Source: the human T2T-CHM13v2.0 reference genome, Homo sapiens. From it: DNA of 64,000 nt. Under the pieces are notes generated by a model. That model saw only the letters and a list, made by a program, of their open reading frames with translations, did not search any database and was not told where the DNA came from. Every line of letters begins with the position of its first letter. Positions within the stretch are counted from its first letter, which is position 1. Both the position numbers and the translations under genes were made by a program. This document shows positions 59,799-64,000 of the stretch, one piece after another. The stretch is from NCBI RefSeq assembly GCF_009914755.1, contig NC_060940.1, one strand, 5' to 3'.

Positions 59799-60237
<439 letters not shown>

Positions 60238-60420
60238 GGAGGAGAAGAAGGAAGAGAAGGAAGGAGGAGAAGGAAGAGGAGGGAGAAGGAGGAGGAGGAG
60301 GAAGAAGGAGGGAGAAGGAGGAGGAGGAAGAAGGAGGGAGAAGGAGGAGGAGGAGGAAGAAGGAGGGAGAAGGAGGGAGAAGGAGGAGGAGGAAGCAGAA
60401 AAAAGAAGAAGAATAAGAAT
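60238..60420 (+). repeat. Purine-rich (GGA/GAA)n low-complexity tract
   Basis: About 180 nt almost entirely G/A. Confidence 0.95.
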
Positions 60421-61283
60421 TATCATCTGGTCCCAGCCCCCAGTCTCAAGGAAAATCCTGGGTTGCAGAGTTTCCCAAACTGCTTAGTGGGATGCTTAGT
60501 GCTTGTTGTGGGACCAACAAGACCGCAAGTCCTGGATGGCTGGGCCTCCTGGCTCAGAAGGAGAGGGCAGATAAGAAGGTGTGGCTAGCATTGGGGGTGC
60601 ACTGCTTTTCTGGCTTGCTCTCCATCCTGGGGCTAGGCAGGGGCTGAGGGGCTGGAGTTCCTCATCACCTGCGGTTCCTGCAAAAGCAGCTCCAAGTGCC
60701 ATGTTGAGCACCCATAAGGCCAAGGGGGCTATGGTGAAAATACACCCCAAAGCCCAGAGCAGATGGATGGAGTTCCTCCGTCATTGCACAGCAGCAATAG
60801 CAACCTAGGAGGTGGGCCATCATCACAGGTGGGAGCACAGACCCTGATCTCCGTTCACCAGTTTCAAATTCTGTCTTTGCAACTTGTCTTGGGCAAATTC
60901 TTCAACTACTGAGCCTGTAAAGCAGAAACAGCAGTAGCTGCCCCACAGGGTTAATGAAGGAAATGAATAAATGAGACAGTGCCTGCAAGGACTGCCCACT
61001 GCCTGGCCTGCCTGGCCCAGAATGAATGTGACAAAGCCAGAGCTTTGCCTTGGCCATCATCTCATCAGGTCCTGGGTACAGAGAGGGTCCCTTCTGCCAT
61101 GGCTCCTGCCTGGTTCTCTCTTCTGCCCAAATCTCTTCATTCCTTGTATTTTTTCATTACAACATAACAAATACACAGGAAAAAAGAAGACTTATTTGCT
61201 CCATGCTGTCAGATAGGCAACACTAAAAGATATAAATCCTTCATCAGTTAATGAATTCAATGAAATTACAGTAAAGATTTTGG

Positions 61284-61420
61284 GGCGGGCACGGTGGCTC
61301 ACATCTCTAATTTCAGCACTTTGGGAGGCTGAAGCAGGAGGATTGCTTGAGCCCAGGAGTTCCAGAACAGCCTGTGCAACATAGCAAGACCCTGTCTCTA
61401 CAATAAAATAAAATAAGGGA
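61284..61420 (+). mobile_element. FLAM/Alu left monomer
   Basis: Alu left arm with A-rich tail. Confidence 0.85.
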
Positions 61421-62940
61421 AAAAAATAAATATTCTAATTTATTTTTTTTTGCTTCTCCAGAAACTTTTAAAATTGATATGGAGGCATATAGACCTCAAA
61501 TAGCTAAGTCAATCTTAATGAAAGAGGGCATACAGGAGGTGGAGGTTGCAGTGAGTCGAGATCATGCCTGTGCACTCTAGCCTGGGCGACAGAGCTAGAC
61601 CCTGTCTCAGAAAGAAAAAACAGAAAGAGGGGCATAGAAGGAAGACTTGACCTCTAGACATAAAGATATTACAAGGCCAGTTTGGTAAATGCAACGTGGT
61701 GTCTGTGCAGGGATAGGAAAGAAGATCAGTGGAACAGCACAGAGTGCTCAGAGGCAGACCCATGGACACCTGGGGGATTTAATACGTGACAAAGGTGGCA
61801 TCATTATTTTCAGAGGAGGAAATACCTAAAACTAACACATTAGTTCATGAAGACACATTTAAAATCATTAGTCATCAGAGAGCTGCAGACTGAAATGACA
61901 ATGAGACCTCATTGTATCCTTATTAAACTGATGAACTAGAAAGCTAGATGGTACCAATGGGCAGGGACGATATGGGAGCCAGGGAGAGTCTAGACTGCTT
62001 CAGCTGCCTGGAGAAAAACACAGTGCTTCTGCTGAGCCAGCAATCTTGCTACTGGTTGTTTATCTTGAAGAAACATTCTTCCAGATCTAGACCCCTCTAG
62101 ACCTGTGTAGCATTGTCTGTGATGGAAGGGAGCTGGTAGCAAATCTGAGTGGTCTGTCCAGCCCACCCAATGTCTGCTGGGGAGTTCCCTCAAGACTGCC
62201 CCAAACCGTCAAGAGGTAGGGCCAGTTGGAATTCCAAAGAAATAAACACTAAGCGCCGGGGTGATCCGTATCCATCCAAAGCATTTATTAGGGAAACGTA
62301 CATAGGGAAGGCTGTAGTGTTCTCATGACAGACAGCAAGAAGGGAGATGAGTCTGTTCATAACGAGGAGGTGGGTTTATGGAGTTTATATGAGTGTTTAA
62401 GGGATTCGGTTCAGGGCTGGGGCACGTTTAGCATTTGTTTGATCTTTCCATGTTTCCAGCAACAACCTAAACAACTATCAGTGCCTGGGGACATTGAAAG
62501 CTCCCTCTAGAACACCTGGACACCGAGTGCCCGTCACTGGAAGGACGAAGAGGTAATAAGTGTGGATCCACACAATAACGTGGAGAGATCTTAAAAACAC
62601 AGCCCTTCATGAAAATATAAGAACCAGAAGGATATATTTGTTCAGTCTCATATTAAACATATATTAAAAACACCAGCATGCCAAACAATACTCATTTTGG
62701 AAAAAAAAAATACACATCAGAATGGTTACTTTATAGAGGTGGGAAATGAAAGTGGGTATGAAGAGAAAAAGGAATGAATAAATATGTAAAAGGAATGAAG
62801 TGTTGCATAGGGTTGAAAAAGGACAATGAAGCCTATGCTGCATCCCACTAGCATAACGCATCACCTGTTTTCCTTTCTCCTCCCTCCTCCCTTCCTGCCT
62901 TCATCCCAGCCAGTTCCCCACAGAGGTAATTACGAGTTGC

Positions 62941-63068
62941 TTAGCACCAAGTCTGAAATACTACACACACTGTCTCGTGAGCTCTCCACAGTGCAATTGA
63001 TCCTTTAGCACCAAGTCTGAAATACTACACACACTGTCTCGTGAGCTCTCCACAGTGCAATTGATCCT
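62941..63068 (+). repeat. Perfect 64-bp tandem duplication
   Basis: ttagcaccaagtctgaaatactacacacactgtctcgtgagctctccacagtgcaattgatcct x2. Confidence 0.97.
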
Positions 63069-63701
63069 TTACAGCTTATTTTTATGGCTGCATGATATTC
63101 CAGCTGGGAGGGGGAACATCATTCTCTATTCATGAGAATTGAGGCAATTCCTAAGTTTCTAGCAGTAACACTAACTGTGCAAACTTGTCAGCACAGTGAC
63201 AGTCTGGATTCCCTCCTGGCAGCCCTATCCCCTGACCAAAAAAGGCCCATGCACCCCTCCCTCCAAAAATAAAACAGTGAAGATTATATTTTAGGACTGT
63301 ATTGGTAAAAACACAGATATAATTCAGGGCAGATTCACACTTATATAGTCATTATTATTCTCATTTTTTTCTTCTGAATTTAAAAGAAATTAAACATTTT
63401 CATGAGCCACTAGCCTAATGGATAGGTTTTCCCCGTACTTCGAGGTAATGTTCTACATCACAGCTCCGGCCTGGACTAGAACCCAGGACTCAGTCAAGGC
63501 AGCCTGGTTCTGTCCACCGCAGCTGGCAGCTACTCCAGGCCCCACACTGGTTTCTGTCTGTCTCGATCAAGGCCACATTCGGCATGCCGTGGGGCAGGGG
63601 CTGTGCTGTGCTGGTAAATGTTTAACAACTGGCTGGCTCAGAGGAAAAGCCCTGGTCTTGGCGTTTGCTAATTTTTGTGGTGTAAATAACCCCATGGCCA
63701 A

Positions 63702-63840
63702 TTTTTTTTTTTTTTTTTTTTTAGAGAGGTTCTCACTATATATTGCCCAGGCTGGTTTTGAACTCATGGGCTCAAAGGATTCTCCCGCCCTGGCTTCCCA
63801 AAGTGCTGGGATTACAAGTGTGAGCCACCGTGCCCAGCCC
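63702..63840 (-). mobile_element. FLAM/Alu left monomer
   Basis: Poly-T plus antisense Alu left arm. Confidence 0.88.
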
Positions 63841-63958
63841 TCTTAATTTTTAATAATGGCTGTGTTTCACAAAAATTTTGGAAAGTTTAACAACTATCAA
63901 GTTGATGCCCCACTATACCAGTGCACCGCTGGCAGAAGGACCCATGAAACCTGGGAAG

Positions 63959-63977
63959 ACTACATTTCCCAGAAGCC
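63959..63977 (+). promoter_or_regulatory. ZNF143/THAP11 SBS-type promoter motif ACTACATTTCCCAGAAGCC, probably the promoter of the next gene beyond the window
   Basis: Close match to the ACTACAnnTCCCA consensus at the window edge. Confidence 0.65.
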
Positions 63978-64000
63978 TCCTCTCCCAGGACCGGCGTTCA

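Noticed and set aside
62941-63068. Possible CRISPR-like array (also considered for 13400-14281 and 49150-49460)
   Set aside because: Direct tandem repeats with no unique spacers, no cas genes, in human DNA.

Overview
Human genomic DNA: GC-rich, with many Alu, MIR, L2 and L1 repeats. I recognise it as the chr16q21 adhesion-GPCR cluster. Two spliced + strand genes can be rebuilt exon by exon from the sequence. ADGRG1/GPR56 has 13 coding exons (19488-32782, 2082 nt, 693 aa) plus the upstream non-coding exon-1m promoter with its tandem 15-bp RFX element. Its paralog ADGRG3/GPR97 has 12 coding exons (37548-57667, 1650 nt, 549 aa). The last ~50 bp carry a ZNF143-type promoter motif, probably for the next gene. 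Almost all long ORFs in the six-frame track are exon read-throughs, Alu translations or low-complexity artefacts. I see no new gene family or prokaryote-style system. The interesting signals are finer-scale: a GC donor with a +4 GT competitor in ADGRG1, a symmetric PLL exon that is the only exon-structure difference between the paralogs, an RFX X-box formed at a repeat junction, uORFs in the e1m leader, a 60-bp inverted copy of an Alu junction, a ~320-nt AG-free VNTR before the ADGRG3 GPS exon, TE-derived poly(A) signals in both genes, a young AluYa5 and a perfect 64-bp tandem duplication. Repeat family names and boundaries were assigned by eye and are approximate.
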